From assembly GCF_009914755.1 (NCBI RefSeq), contig NC_060941.1: a stretch of DNA of 64,000 nt; one strand, written 5' to 3'. Made by a program: the position numbers and the translations under genes. The notes under the pieces are model-generated. The model worked only from the letters and a program-made list of their open reading frames with translations, was not told where the DNA came from and did no database searches. Source of the DNA: the human T2T-CHM13v2.0 reference genome, Homo sapiens. Below, one piece after another: positions 1-20,407 of this stretch (position 1 is the stretch's first letter; each line of letters begins with the position of its first letter).

Positions 1-125
1 GTCACTCCTCCATGTGGATGACATCTAATGGCCAGTCAGCCACCTTGTTCAAGAGGACCTCAGCATCTGGGTGTCCACTCTTCTCCTCTCCCCGCCTCTG
101 CTGTCATCCCTGGGGCTGTGGGCTC

Positions 126-1485
<1,360 letters not shown>

Positions 1486-1575
1486 TGACAACTTAGCTGA
1501 CCTACCACTGCCCTTGGCCAAAGGCGGAAGAGCGCAGAGCCCCTTATCAGGAACGGGCTACAGAAATTCCTGTGG

Positions 1576-4463
<2,888 letters not shown>

Positions 4464-4769
4464 CACAATTTAACCTTAAATATAGAAATTATAATGTGCT
4501 ATACTGTTTAAGAAAAACTAGGTTTAATATTTCCCCAGTTGACACAAGGTGGTTATCATCCTTTAGTTAGAAGGTACACTTTTGTTCAGTAATCAATAAG
4601 GATAGATGTAGACACCCATTTGATCTAAAATACAGCATACATCTGTTGAGTTGCCCTTTAGAGACAAGCTTGTTGAGGTTCCTCCATGAAGAGGGAGCTG
4701 TCTGATGCGACCCTGAACTGGCGTCGTCCCCTGAAGGTCTGCCACACCAGGTCTGTGGTTCTCTTGCAG

Positions 4770-4838
4770 GTGGTGAACGTTACTGGGATTGCAGTTGGCA
4801 CTGGCTTAGCCTCAGCTTATGACACCCTCATGTCTCAG
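4770..4838 (+). pseudogene. MATE pseudogene exon 3
   Basis: ttgcag|VVNVTGIAVGTGLASAYDTLMSQ|gtgagg, 69 nt. Confidence 0.93.
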
Positions 4839-4947
4839 GTGAGGACCACCCTCCCCCACATACCGTTTTTTGACAGTTACCTTTCATAATAGAGACTTTC
4901 TAGGACCATCCACCCTATGGGTTTTGTTGCATTTTATTTGTCAAATA

Positions 4948-5288
4948 CAGATGGTCCCTGACTTAGATTTTTAAACTTTGTGATGGTACAACAGTGACAC
5001 GCGTTCAGTAGCTGCACTTCAAGCCCCTTACAACCATTCTGCTTTCCACTTTCAGTACCGTCCAGTAGATTCCATGAGATAGTCAACACTGTATCACAAA
5101 TAGGCTTTATCTAAGATTATTTTACTCAGCTGTGGGCTAATGTAAGTGTTCTGAGCACGTTTAAAGTGGGCCAGGCTAAACTGTGATGTTTGGTAGGTTA
5201 GATGCATTCAATGCATTTTCAACTCAAGATATTTCTAATTTACAGTTGTGAGGTAGCTAGGTAGCCCATTGTAAGTCATGGAGCATCT
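4948..5288 (-). mobile_element. MER47-like (Tigger family) DNA transposon
   Basis: Inverted termini cagatggtccctgactta...taagtcatggagcatct; internal gctaatgtaagtgttctgagcacgtttaa. Confidence 0.8.
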
Positions 5289-5458
5289 TTTTAAAAAAAT
5301 TATATTTATTTTTGCAGGCGAGGTCTCCCTATGTTGCCTAGGCTGGGCTTGAACTCCCGGGCTCAAGAGATCCTTCTGCCTCAGCCTCCCATGTAGCTGG
5401 GACTACTGGAACAAACATCTGTACATAGCTGCTAATGACTGGAAACACAACCAGGGTC

Positions 5459-5780
<322 letters not shown>

Positions 5781-6604
5781 GCAGAGTCAGCTTGACTAGT
5801 GCTGTCCTCTGGGGCCACCTGCTCAAGGGCATTTTGTCCTTTGTTCCTCCCAGTCTGGTCTCCCATACCCTAAAATCGCCCTCCCTTACCACCACCCCTC
5901 CTTCCCTGCTGGCCTCCTTCAAGCCAAGCTTCTTGAAGGTGTTCTTTGCACTCGGGCCTGGCCTGCACTCCCGACTCAGCCCCTATTGATGCCTTGTTTG
6001 TTCCTGCCCAGTCCACTGGGCCTGGCCTCTTCCCGGCCTCCTGTGACAAAATCCTCAGGTGAGCGCTTGGCCGTCCTTAATCCACTTGGCCATCCCTGCT
6101 TTCTAGAGCACTGCCTTGGCCTCCATGACCTCCCGCCCCCCGAAGTTCTTGCCACCCTGCTAGCTGCCCTTCTCAGCCTACAGTGTGTGCTTTTCTTCCA
6201 CTGCACCCTCCCCGGGTATCCCTGGCCCTCAGAGTCCCCCACAACTTCACCTTCTACAATGGCACACATTCTCCTGCAGCATCTGTCTCCCCCATGTGGA
6301 AAACTCTCTTTTAAGCTTCAGTTTCTGCTGCCTCTACCCTCCATGTTAACAGTCCCAGCTCCTGGGAGCAGGGACACATTGTCCCAGGACATGTGTAAAA
6401 TGCCACAGGGGCCTCTGTGGTTGTCCCTGGCTCAGAAGCTCCCCCAATGCTGTCAGCTGTTGGTGGGGAGGGCGGGAGCAGATGATGGGAAACCGGACTG
6501 CCTGGGCGCCGGGCAGGCGCCCCTGGGAGGGGTTGCTTGTGGCGCAGGCCCCCAGCCTCGGCCTGCCTGGCATATGCTGTTAGCAGTGCATTTGTTTTCT
6601 CAAG

Positions 6605-6752
6605 TCCTTTGGAGTCAAGAACCTCAAGCGCGTGGGGATCATACTTCAGAGAGGGGTCCTCATCCTTATGCTGTGCTGCTTTCCCTGCTGGGCCGACTTG
6701 GTCAACACCGAGCGCATCCTCCTGCTCTTAAAACAAGACCCGAAGTCTCCAG
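6605..6752 (+). pseudogene. MATE pseudogene exon 4 (frameshifted)
   Basis: ctcaag|SFGVKNLKRVGIILQRGVLILMLCCFPCWADLVNTERILLLLKQDP(-1 nt)EVSR|gtgagg, 148 nt. Splicing to exon 5 gives GGA TAG (stop at 7953-7955). Confidence 0.92.
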
Positions 6753-6783
6753 GTGAGGTCCCCTGTTTCCCAATCCTAGGTTA

Positions 6784-7190
<407 letters not shown>

Positions 7191-7950
7191 AAAATGAAAG
7201 CTGTGACTGTGGGCCACAGGGTCTGGGGGCTGCAGGGACCACCTGACTCAGGGTGACAAGATACAGGACCAGGGTGTTGTGTGCCTGGCCTGTCTCCCGT
7301 TCACCGAGTCCCTCCATTTTGCTGTCTGGCAAATGCAGAAAATATTTTTCCCCTGAAGTAGAATAGCAGTGTAATCGCCTTCACGTATGACTTTAGTGTT
7401 GGGTTTTTTCTTTAACCTATAATTCCAGTGTATTCTCTGGTATTGTCCTTGGGGTGCGTGGTCCTTTCTAGAAGACTGTCTCGCTCACTGTTAGGTGACC
7501 CTGACACTTTCCAATGGTTTCTGAATTTTGCCCAAGTTTTAGTTTTCATGCTAAGAATGAGCTGAAAAATGGAAAGTGGTCAGACTGCCCCTTAGATAGC
7601 AGACATTTAGTAGACTTAGTGTCATGTTTGTGTAGGTTGAAGAAAAACACTTAAAAGTTGTTATTAAGTTTCTCTCATTTTTAGGCCGGGTGTGGTGGCT
7701 CACGTCTATAGTAATCCCAGCACTTTGGGAGGCTGAGGCAGGAGGATTGCTTGAGCCCAGGAGTTTGAGGTTACAGCGAGCTATGATGGTGCCATTCTAC
7801 TCCAGTCTGGGCATCAGAGCAAGACCCTGTCTCTAAAAAGTAAATAATTTTTAATTTTAATTTTTAGAAAATACTCTGTGGGTTCAATTTGAAGACAATA
7901 TGACCAGCAACTGTTTTAATATTAACTGAAGACTATTTTGTTTGTTTCAG

Positions 7951-7993
7951 GATAGCCCAAATTTATGTGCTGATTTTCATTCCTGCCCTTCCT
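7951..7993 (+). pseudogene. MATE pseudogene exon 5
   Basis: tttcag|IAQIYVLIFIPALP|gtaagt, 43 nt. Confidence 0.92.
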
Positions 7994-8299
7994 GTAAGTT
8001 TCAAGGCTGTTGTGTCTCACTACATGAAGCAGCTCACATGTGTCGCCCTGCACATGCCCCTTCCCCCGGCTCTTGTTTCTCCATCTTGGTGCAGTTCATG
8101 CCAAAAGCCCGACATGTATTTCTTGGCCCTGTCGTCCCTCCCTTGCTGACTCTCAGGACATGTACCACTCTGGTGTACAGTAGCTTAAATTAAAGACAAA
8201 GATTGGGCCGGGCACGGTGGCTCATGCCTGTAATCCCAGCACTTTGGGATGCTGAGGCAGGTGGATCGCGAGGTCAGGAGATCGAGACCATCCTGGCTA

Positions 8300-8549
<250 letters not shown>

Positions 8550-8889
8550 CTATGGTTATTTTTGATTGCAAATCAACCAGAATGTTTCTGGATCATCTAG
8601 GATTTGGGGAGTGCTGCATTCGGGCACCCTCGGAGCCGTTCGAAATGTCAAGACGGTGGCTTCTGCCTCAGCCAGTTGGAATCGGCCTGTGTCAATTCTT
8701 CAGGGAGTACATCTTTTATCCACTCTGGAAAATTCCAAATAGTGCCCTAGCATTGTCTCATGTGAGTGAGGTTCTCTGAGATCATACATCAAGGGGAAGT
8801 GTCTTATTTAAGATTAAAAACCGGAACTAAACTAAACCGTTGGAATTTATATTAATGAGAAGTGTTTGTTTTTCTGTTTAAACTTACAG

Positions 8890-8934
8890 GCAGCATTCTT
8901 GTTCCAGCTGCAGACAAGATATTTACAAAGTCAG
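8890..8934 (+). pseudogene. MATE pseudogene exon 6
   Basis: ttacag|AAFLFQLQTRYLQSQ|gtatag, 45 nt. Confidence 0.92.
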
Positions 8935-9910
8935 GTATAGATTCTTTTTACAATTTTTACTCCATAATCCTGGAAATGTCTAGTAAATATTCGTAGGGAA
9001 TGTTCTATAACAGTAATTCACATTTTTCCCCCTGTAATTCTACCTTAGAGTTCTTTGCCTGAGAGATTGAGGCCTTGTAGGTGAATTTTGTCTAGCCCAA
9101 GAGAGACGGCTGTATCAATCCATCCCATTCCCCTTTCAATCACCACCACCTGCTTCGACCCCTGCCCCGACCCCTCCCCTCTCTTGGGGCTGGTGCCAGC
9201 TTTGCATCTGGCCTGGGGCCTGGCTCCTGTGCTTCTGCTTTAGAGAGGAGGGCCTGGGGTCCCTACAGCCACTAGGGAGCAGCGAAGGAGTCTGAGGGCA
9301 AGATTTGGGTGGACAGTGGAGAGAAGCAGAGCTCTGCCTCCCCGGGTCCCTTCTCGCCCATCTGAGGCCGCAGCCCTCTTGCCTTACCCAGCTTTGGTAA
9401 CAGTCAGCTCTCTGTTTCAATGCAGGAATGAAAGAGAGGTTTTACTGAAAGAAAATGTTTGAATAGACAGGATAAACAAAAGAAATGAGTGACTGGCGCC
9501 TACAACAATAGGGTGAACATGTTCTGCACACCTGCTATGAAGCAGGCATTGCTGGGTGTCTTGTATGCAAGAACTTTAGCAACTTGGCACAGATATCTTC
9601 CAAGCTGCCTCTCCTTCACTTCATGCCAGGGCCCATTTGCCCTTCAGGAGGTTTTTTCTCTCTGCTGCTCTTCTGGAAACCATGACCTACCAGGTTATTC
9701 AGAAGCAGTTGCAAGCTTCTGGTTGGGATAGGCAGATAATGCACCAACGGAGGAGACTAATCTGGTCATCTCAGCTCCTGACCATTCCAGTCCTGAGTAA
9801 CTTTGCCATCATTTAAACTGTTCCCTGTTTAACTGTGAGTGTTCACTTGATAGGCTAGCTAATTAGCTTTCGAAAATGTGAATGTTTTCCTATTTGTTTG
9901 GGGGTTTTAG

Positions 9911-10008
9911 GGCATCAGCATGCCTCAAGTTATTACCAGGATTGCAGCTAATGTCATCAACGTGGGCATGAATGCCCTCTTGCTGTATGCCCTGGACTTC
10001 AGAGTGGT
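9911..10008 (+). pseudogene. MATE pseudogene exon 7
   Basis: ttttag|GISMPQVITRIAANVINVGMNALLLYALDFRVV|gtaagt, 98 nt. Confidence 0.92.
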
Positions 10009-11032
10009 GTAAGTCACGACCCCTGAATTCAACACATACTGAATGTCTGCTGTCTGCTGTCTCCTGTCCCTGGGACTGGGGATAGCGAGAGTGAAATCGT
10101 CTGGTAGAGGGAATATGGACAGGTGGACAGGCAATAGAGTTGGGTGTTCAGGTGGTCTGTGTGCCAGATGAGAACTGGGTGCCACAGGACCTCACAGGAG
10201 AAGCAGCTGGCTCAGGCTGTTGGAAGGAAGGTCAGTGGGTTAGTGGGTGGAGAGATAGGGATGGTGCCTGGGAAGAAGCGATGTGTAAGCTGATTGTGTG
10301 TTGAGGTGGAATTCGCCTAGAGAAGGGAGTTGCTGTGGTCTGTGAAGGCTGAAAGGGGCCACCCCAGCAAAGACAGAGTAGGGCAGACACCTTAGGGATT
10401 CTCCTAGCATCTTGGAATTGTAAGAAACTGAGCCCAATTGCATCCTTATGAAGCTTGAGGAGATGAGGGTCCCAGAAAGAAAACACTATCAATTCACTGG
10501 TCCCTCACTGGGGGACACTTCTGTGCCTAGAGCCAGAGCCAGGCTCCTCAGTGTGGCCAGAAAATCTTTAAAGGCTGGCTGAAGATGGAACATAAGAACA
10601 CATCAGTGAAACACACCTTCTGTCAGAAAGCTGGACGAGGCACTGGCCCGGGAAGCTGGAGTCCCACAGGGAGGTGTGAGCACCAGTTGGTTGACCCATG
10701 TCCAGAAACAGGAGGCCTGGGCCACCCAGGTTCTCCTGGGAGGTGGACCTCAGAAAGCGTCTCTTAGAGGTTTCCCCAACAGATGTACACAGGGAAGCTT
10801 GGGGATAGCGGGGAAAAGGAGAAGAAAATTTAGGAATGGATTAACAAAGGGTAAAATGGAGGATTGGGTAGGGGAGTGGAATGGAAAAATAGACAGGAAG
10901 ACAGAGTCCCTGGCTCTGTATGCCAGAGCGGGGCATGGTTCTATTTGTTGTGATAAAATATGACCTATGGAAGACACTCCATGGTTATTTTCCAATACAA
11001 AGATGTTGAGCATCTTTTCATATATTTGTTGA

Positions 11033-11490
<458 letters not shown>

Positions 11491-11649
11491 TTATATGATT
11501 TGCAAATATTTTCTCCCATTCCATGGGTTGCCCTTTCACTCTGCAGATTGTGTCCTTTGATGCATACAAGTTTTATCTATGTTTACTTTTGTTGCTGGTG
11601 AGCACTATGTATTTTAAATACATAGTGTATTTTAAAATATCCACATTGC

Positions 11650-12026
<377 letters not shown>

Positions 12027-12360
12027 CTATCATATTTTATTCCTCTAGTTCCATGTTGTCTCCCACACCCCTCAACTAACGTCTGCCACAGGGAATATTC
12101 TATATGTTTTTTTATAGAGGTCTACAAAAATCCCTCTGCCATTTATACCCGGGAGTAGAATGTGTGGGTGAAAGGGCATCTACTGAGTCTTGCCAGCTTA
12201 GTGCCTGCCATCTCAATCCATTTGGCATCTTTATATTTTGCTGGAGAACTGAGGTTGCGCCTAGTCTCTGGCCATTTGCAGGGTACAGGTATGTGAAATA
12301 GAATTGTTGGTGCCAGAGACTGTTGAAAAACAAACGCCTGTTTTCTTTCCTGTTCCCTAG

Positions 12361-12474
12361 GTTGGACGAGGGAGTGCTTCCAGGAGTGGGGCTCCTACAT
12401 CCACCTGGTTATTCCCAGTATGTTCATGGTGTGCACTGAGCAGTGGACCTTTGAGATCGGAAACTTCCTTGCAG
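12361..12474 (+). pseudogene. MATE pseudogene exon 9
   Basis: ccctag|WTRECFQEWGSYIHLVIPSMFMVCTEQWTFEIGNFLA|gtttgt, 114 nt; retains the two TM7 glutamates (EWWxxE motif, here EQWTFE). Confidence 0.93.
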
Positions 12475-12788
12475 GTTTGTCAGCAGTCCAGCTGAAAGCT
12501 GTCCTCAGCCCGGCCAGTCACATCTCCAGAGATTCCCAGGAAGCTCCAGCTTTGCTTCTTTGTCCTGCCTCATTTCATCAGGCTCTTGTGGAGCTTTTCA
12601 ATATAGGTTTAAGCCCTCATCCCATCATTAGCAGACTCAGGTTGGGTGGGGTTTTGGCTCTGCTGCAGTACCCTTCATTTTGTAAGTGAGGAAAGGGAAG
12701 CTGCCGGTCAGAGGTTTGTCAGAGGTCACCAACTGAAGGAACAAAAGCCCCACCCCAGGCCTCATGAACTAGCTTGTGCCTCAGCTGA

Positions 12789-13121
<333 letters not shown>

Positions 13122-13318
13122 TAGCCCAAGCCAAATTTCTAAGAGTTGTATGTACTCAGGGTGACGGATTTAGCCCTGTTTTAGCCATGGCCTATGTTTC
13201 TGTTGGAACTGTAATAATTTTTGCCATAGATATTTACCTTAGCCATCTTGTTATTAGTAAAGTAACAGTCGATGCAGAGGGTGACAGTGACAACGTTGCC
13301 ATTTCCATGGACACTTGA

Positions 13319-13537
<219 letters not shown>

Positions 13538-14008
13538 TGATCCTCCGGCCTCAGCCTCCTGAGTAGCTGGGACTACAGGAGTGTGCCACCACGCCCAACT
13601 AATTTTTTTTTTTTTTTTGTAAAGATGGGGGTCTCACTATGTTGCCCAGGCTGGTCTCAAACTCCTGGGCTCAGGTGATCCTGCCACCTCAGCCTCCCAA
13701 AGTACTAGGATTACAGGTGGGAGCCACTGCACCTGGCCATTCTTTTTTCTACCTTGAACCTGATATTTTGTTTCCTGGCGGAGTAGGGATTTGTAGAATG
13801 AGGCTGTGTTAATCTGAGCTGCCTGAGATCATGGTCATGGTAACTGCTCAGGGAAGGATGTCTGGGCTTCTCAGCACACGCAGTGAATTCTGCCACCAGG
13901 TTATGCTTCTTGGGGGCATTCTTGGGTTCTCTTAAAATAAGTTCTAGTTTCATAAGGAAAATGTTTATATACTTTTTGAAATGTGTTGTGTGTGTGCTGA
14001 TGTTTCAG

Positions 14009-14076
14009 GACTGATTGATGTGATGGAGCTCGGCACTCAGGGCATCATCTGTGAGCTGGCGTCAGTGGCCTACATG
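14009..14076 (+). pseudogene. MATE pseudogene exon 10
   Basis: tttcag|LIDVMELGTQGIICELASVAYM|gtaaga, 68 nt. Confidence 0.92.
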
Positions 14077-14777
14077 GTAAGAACTTGGGTGAGACTCGGG
14101 ACGAGACCTGGCACCTTCTCTGCTTAAACCTGCTGTGCCACTGTCATTGCATTCACTCAGCAGATGTGCACCATGGGAAGGGAGGAACCAGGCAGCACAA
14201 GTGAGAGAGGACAGTGCAGTGTGGACAGCATGGATGGGGGCCAGACACACGGAGGTGAGTCCTGGCCATGTTGTTCCCCAACTGTGTGACCTGGGCTTGT
14301 TACTTAACCTTTCCAAACTTTAGTTTCCTCATATACAAAATGGGGGGAAAAAAAACCTACTTTGCAGGTGAAGATTGAATGAGAATGCATGCATATGCAA
14401 CACTCAACACGACGCCTGACACATACGTTCACCTGATGTGGAGTTGGTGCTAGGATGCAGTGGGGTGTGAGATGGGGTCACCTCCTGCCCTCTGCAGCTC
14501 GTGGCCCCATGGGGAGACAGGGATGAGCCAAGTACACAGATGAGTGAGAGCATTGTAAATGTATGCGATAGGTACCATTAAGAAGCAAAAGCAGGGCCAG
14601 GTGCGATGGCTCATGCCTGTAATCCCAGCACTTTGGGAGGCTGAGGAGGGCAGATCACCTGAGGTCAGGAGTTCAAGACCAGCCGGACCAACATGGTGAA
14701 ACTCCATCTCTACTAAAAATACAAAAAGTAGCTGGGTGTGGTGTGCATGCCTGTAATCCCAGCTACTCAGGAGTCTA

Positions 14778-14873
<96 letters not shown>

Positions 14874-15563
14874 TCAAAAAAAAAAAAAAAGCAAAAGTAG
14901 GACTGATATGCATGAAAACAGAGATGACACCTTTTTGGCTTGGGTAGTCAGGAAGGGTCTTTCTGCATTGCTGTTTAAGCTGAGACTTGAAGGATGAGAG
15001 GAGCCAGCTTGGGAGCCTGTGCACAGGAGCCAACTGCTCAGCCTGGGCCAAGGCTCTGCAATGGGTCCAAGCACCTGGCGTGGATGAGGTGAAGGGTTAG
15101 TGAGGGTAGAAGGAGGCTGGAGGCAGCACGCAGGGCCTGTGGGCTCCAGAAGGAAACAGCCATTCTTGGTGCCATGTAGAAGTGGGCTTAGAGGAAAACA
15201 GGTGTGGGTGTGAGTTGGGAGGGCAGAAGGAGGCTGTTGGAATCGTCCAGATGAACAATCAGGAGGCTGCTGGTGGGGGAGGAGAGAAGGGGGTGGATCA
15301 GTTATGTGTAGAGGCAGAATCGACAGGTCATGATCAGGGTTTGGTTGTGGAATGCAAAACAGTGAAGGAGAAGGGTCACAGACTGCAGAGTTTCTGGCTT
15401 GAGCAACTGTAGCGGTAATGCCTGTTGCCTTTTGATGCTTTTTGAATGTCCCAACCCAGTGCAGATATCCCCTTTGTTTTGTTTGTTTCTTGTTTTTGTT
15501 TTGTTTTGTTTTTAAAGATCAACTGAGGCCATCTCAGCAGTGGGATTATGGGCCATTTTTGTT

Positions 15564-15566
<3 letters not shown>

Positions 15567-15613
<47 letters not shown>
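15567..15613 (+). repeat. (CA)n microsatellite at the left NUMT junction
   Basis: Directly visible. Confidence 0.97.
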
Positions 15614-15618
<5 letters not shown>

Positions 15619-15627
15619 GCGTATATA

Positions 15628-16713
15628 TACTATTATTGACTGTACAACAAAACCTAATCCATATGAATATTGATCCGTACTAGAAATTCTTAATATTGCA
15701 TAGCGCATATATTCGTTCATTGGACATGGCACATTTCAGTCAAGAAATCCCTTGTCAACATGGATATCCTCTGCCAGATTTTGGTCTCTTAATCTACCAA
15801 CCTCCAATAAATCATCATCCCGCTCTGGAGTGCTACCCTCCTCGCTCTGGGCCCATAACACTTGGGGGTGACTATCCTGAAACTATACCTGGCATCCGGT
15901 TCTTACTTCAGGGCCATAAAACTAAGATCACCCACACATTCCCCTTAAATAAGACATCTTGATGGATTAATGACTATCACCCTATTAACCAGTCATGGGA
16001 GCACTGTCATGCTTGGGTATTTCTAACTTTGGGGGATGCTATCACTCACCATTGCGGAAGGTCTAGTCCCTTCCGAATCCGCTGTAGATGAACTTGGATT
16101 GATTCCTGCCAAATCAATTGTAGAAGCTGAGCTTATATTGAATATTCCAGGCTGGCACAATAACCACAAGGTATTAATTAATTCATGCTTGAAAGACATA
16201 ACAATTAATCAATAGGCACGTATGCTCATGCATGTCCACTCACTTTCAAGAACTATTTCCGATTAAATCCGCAACCCCCCATCTCTGACTTTACCATCAA
16301 CCTAGGTAAGTGTACCCTCACCAAACCCCCAAAACAAGAGACTAAAATGCAACCCAGTCAGAGCCCAGAAATCATGTTTTAACCATGAATACCCCAACAG
16401 CTGTCACTCGATTGATGTCATTTTCCTAAAAATCTTAAGACCCTCCTACTAAATTAAGCCTCCATTTTATATAATAAATACAATAACTAAATTTCCACCC
16501 TAATACTGATATAACACCTTGGGCATACCCCTCTGAAAGTGCTACCCCATATGCCATACCCTAAATCAATTATATCCAAATTATGAGTAGTCCTCTCAGC
16601 CAAACCTCTGCCAATTCAACTTTAAAGACCCTGACTTCCCAGAACTGTAAACGACTATTTATACTTACTTCTTTCCTTCTCATATTTTAATCTTACACTT
16701 AAGTATTTATGCA
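15628..16713 (+). other. NUMT control region (D-loop) with central domain and CSB1-3-like blocks
   Basis: gggcccataacacttgggggt, ccccttaaataagacatc, CSB1-like attaattaattcatgcttgaaagacataa, CSB3-like ccaaacccccaaaacaa. Confidence 0.9.
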
Positions 16714-16784
16714 GTTAATGTAGCTTAATTATTCAAAGCAAGACACTGAAAATGTCTAGATGGGTCTGCACATCCCCATAAACA
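16714..16784 (+). pseudogene. MT-TF: NUMT tRNA-Phe
   Basis: gttaatgtagcttaa...cactgaaaatgtctagatggg...ccccataaaca. Confidence 0.92.
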
Positions 16785-17737
16785 GATATGTTTGGTCCTG
16801 GCCTTTCTATTAGCTTTTAGTAAGATTACACACGCAGGCACCCCCGCCCCAGTGAAAATGCCCTCTAGATCACCCAGATCAAAAGGAACAGGTATCAAGC
16901 ATGCACAAATGCAGCTCAAAACACTTTGCTCAGCCACACCGCCAGGGGAAACAGCAGTGATAAACTGTTAGTAATAAACGAAAGTTTAAGGTATACTGAT
17001 ATCTAGGGTTGGTCAATTTCATGCCAGCCATCGTGGCCATAACATTAACCCAAGTTAATAGAACTCGGCGTAAAGAGTGTTTAAGGTCTGGCCTCAATAA
17101 AGCTAAACTCCATCTAAGTTGTAAAAAACCTCCAGCTGAAATAAAATATACTATGAAAGTGGCTTTAATACCCTGAAGACACAATAGTTAAGACCCACAC
17201 TGGGATTAGATAACCCACTATGCTTAGCCCTAAACTCTAATAGTTACATTAACAAAACCATTCGCCAGAGTACTACAAGCAACAGCTTAAAACTCAAAGG
17301 ACTTGGCAGTGCTTTATATCCCTCTAGAGGAGCCTGTTCTATAATCGATAAACCCTGATATACCTCACCACCTCTTGCCCCCAGCCTGTATAGTGCCATC
17401 TTCAGCAAACCCTAAAAAGGTTGTAGAGTAAGCACAAGTATACACATAAAAACATTAGGTCAAGGTGTAGCTCATGAGGTGGCAAGAAATGGGCTACATT
17501 TTCTATACTCAGAAAATCTCACGACAATCTTTATGACATCTAAGGGCTCAAGGAGGATTTGGCAGTAAACCAAGAGCAGAGTGCTTGGTTGAATAAGGCC
17601 ATGAAGCATGCACACACCGCCCATCACCCTCCTCAAATATTATTCTAGAAATTACTATTACTAAAAACTCTGTACGCACATATAGAGGAGATAAGTTGTA
17701 ACATGTTAAGCATACTGGACAGTGTGCTTGGACAAAC
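16785..17737 (+). pseudogene. MT-RNR1: NUMT 12S rRNA
   Basis: ctgggattagataacccactatgcttagcc, aaactcaaaggacttggcagtgc, cacacaccgcccatcaccctcc. Confidence 0.95.
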
Positions 17738-17806
17738 CAAAGTGTAGCTTAACCCAAAGCATCCGGCTTTCATCCGGAAAATTTCATCACGACCTGATCA
17801 CTTTGA
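17738..17806 (+). pseudogene. MT-TV: NUMT tRNA-Val (anticodon loop mutated)
   Basis: caaagtgtagcttaacccaaagcatccggc...; lies between 12S and 16S. Confidence 0.88.
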
Positions 17807-18229
17807 GCCAACTCTAGCCCCAAACCTCACTAAAAACATTATCGAACTATCTTAATCAAACCATTTACCTTAGACAAAAGTATAGATAATAGAAATTTTT
17901 ACCCTGGTGTGATAGACATAGTACCATAAGGGAAAGATGAAAGAACTGAATCAAGCATTAAAAAGCAAAGACAAACCCTTATACCTTCTGCATAACTAGA
18001 AATAACTTTACACAGAGAACCACAGCCAAGTCCCCCAAAACCAGATGAGCTACCCAAGAACAGCTGAAAGAGCACACCCACCTATGTGGCAAAATAGGGG
18101 GAAGATTCATGAGTAGCAGCGATAAGCCTACGGAGCCTGGTGATAGCTGGTTGTCCAAGACAGAATCTTAGTTCAACTTTAAACTTACTCACAGAACTAC
18201 TTAATCTCCCTATAAGTTTAACTGTTAAT

Positions 18230-18549
<320 letters not shown>

Positions 18550-19064
18550 TTAATCTAAAGAGGGATAGCTCTTTAGACCATAGGAAACAGCCTTCCTACA
18601 GAGAGTAAAAAATATTACCACCATAGTTGGCCCAAAAGCAGCCACCAATTAAGAAAGCATTCAAGCTCAACATCTAACTATCTTAAATTCTAATCATTCT
18701 ACTGAACTCCTAACATCACACTGGACTAATCTATTACTTAATAGAAGCAATAATGTTAATGTAAGTAACATGAAGATATTCTCCATTGCATAAGCTTATA
18801 TAAGATCGGAATAACCCACTGAAAGCCTAATATTAATAAGTGATATAATAAGCATCCTATTATTTATACCGTTAATCCAACACAGGTATGCTCTAAGGAA
18901 AGATTACAAAAAGTAAAAGGAACTCAGCAAATCTTATCCTGCCTGTTTACCAAAAACATCACCTCTAGCATTACCAGTATTAGAGGCACTGCCTGCCCAG
19001 TGACATATGTTCAACGGCCGCAGTATCCTGACCATGTAAGGTAGCATAATCACTTGTTCCCTAA

Positions 19065-19415
<351 letters not shown>

Positions 19416-19992
19416 ATCTCTTACTTTTAATCAGTGAAATTGACGTATCCATGAAGAGGCGGATATAAGACGAGAAGACCCTATGGAGCTTTAATTTATT
19501 AATGCAAATAAAAACTCAAAAAAAAAAAAAAAAGCCTACAGGCCCTAGCCTACTATCCCTGCATTAAAAATTTTGGTTGGGGTGACCTCAGAGCATAATC
19601 CAACCTCCGAACAACCTAAACTAAGACTGCACTAGTGTAAGTGAGTTAACACACACTGACCCAATAATTTGATCAACGGAATAAGTTACCCTAGGGATAA
19701 CAGCACAATCCTATTCTAGAGTTCATATCGAGAATAGGGTTTACGACGTCGATGTTGGATCAGGACATCCTAATGGTGCAGCCGCTATTAAGGGTTCGTT
19801 TGTTCAATGATTAGAATCCTACATGATCTGAGTTCAGATCGGAGTAATCCAGGTCGGTTTCTATCTATTTAACATTTTTCCTAGTATGAAAGGACAAGAG
19901 AAATAGGGCCCACTTCAAAAGCGCTCTTGCCCCATAGATGATGCTATCTCAGTCAAACAAATTATCACACACCCAACCCAAGAACAGGGTTT

Positions 19993-20405
<413 letters not shown>

Positions 20406-20407
20406 GT

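Noticed and set aside
5986-6756. 256-aa ORF and its mirrored partial ORFs at 259-1038
   Set aside because: Mostly intronic or repeat-derived, broken by indels in the other arm, and out of frame with exon 4 except the last residues (PEVSR) after the deletion.
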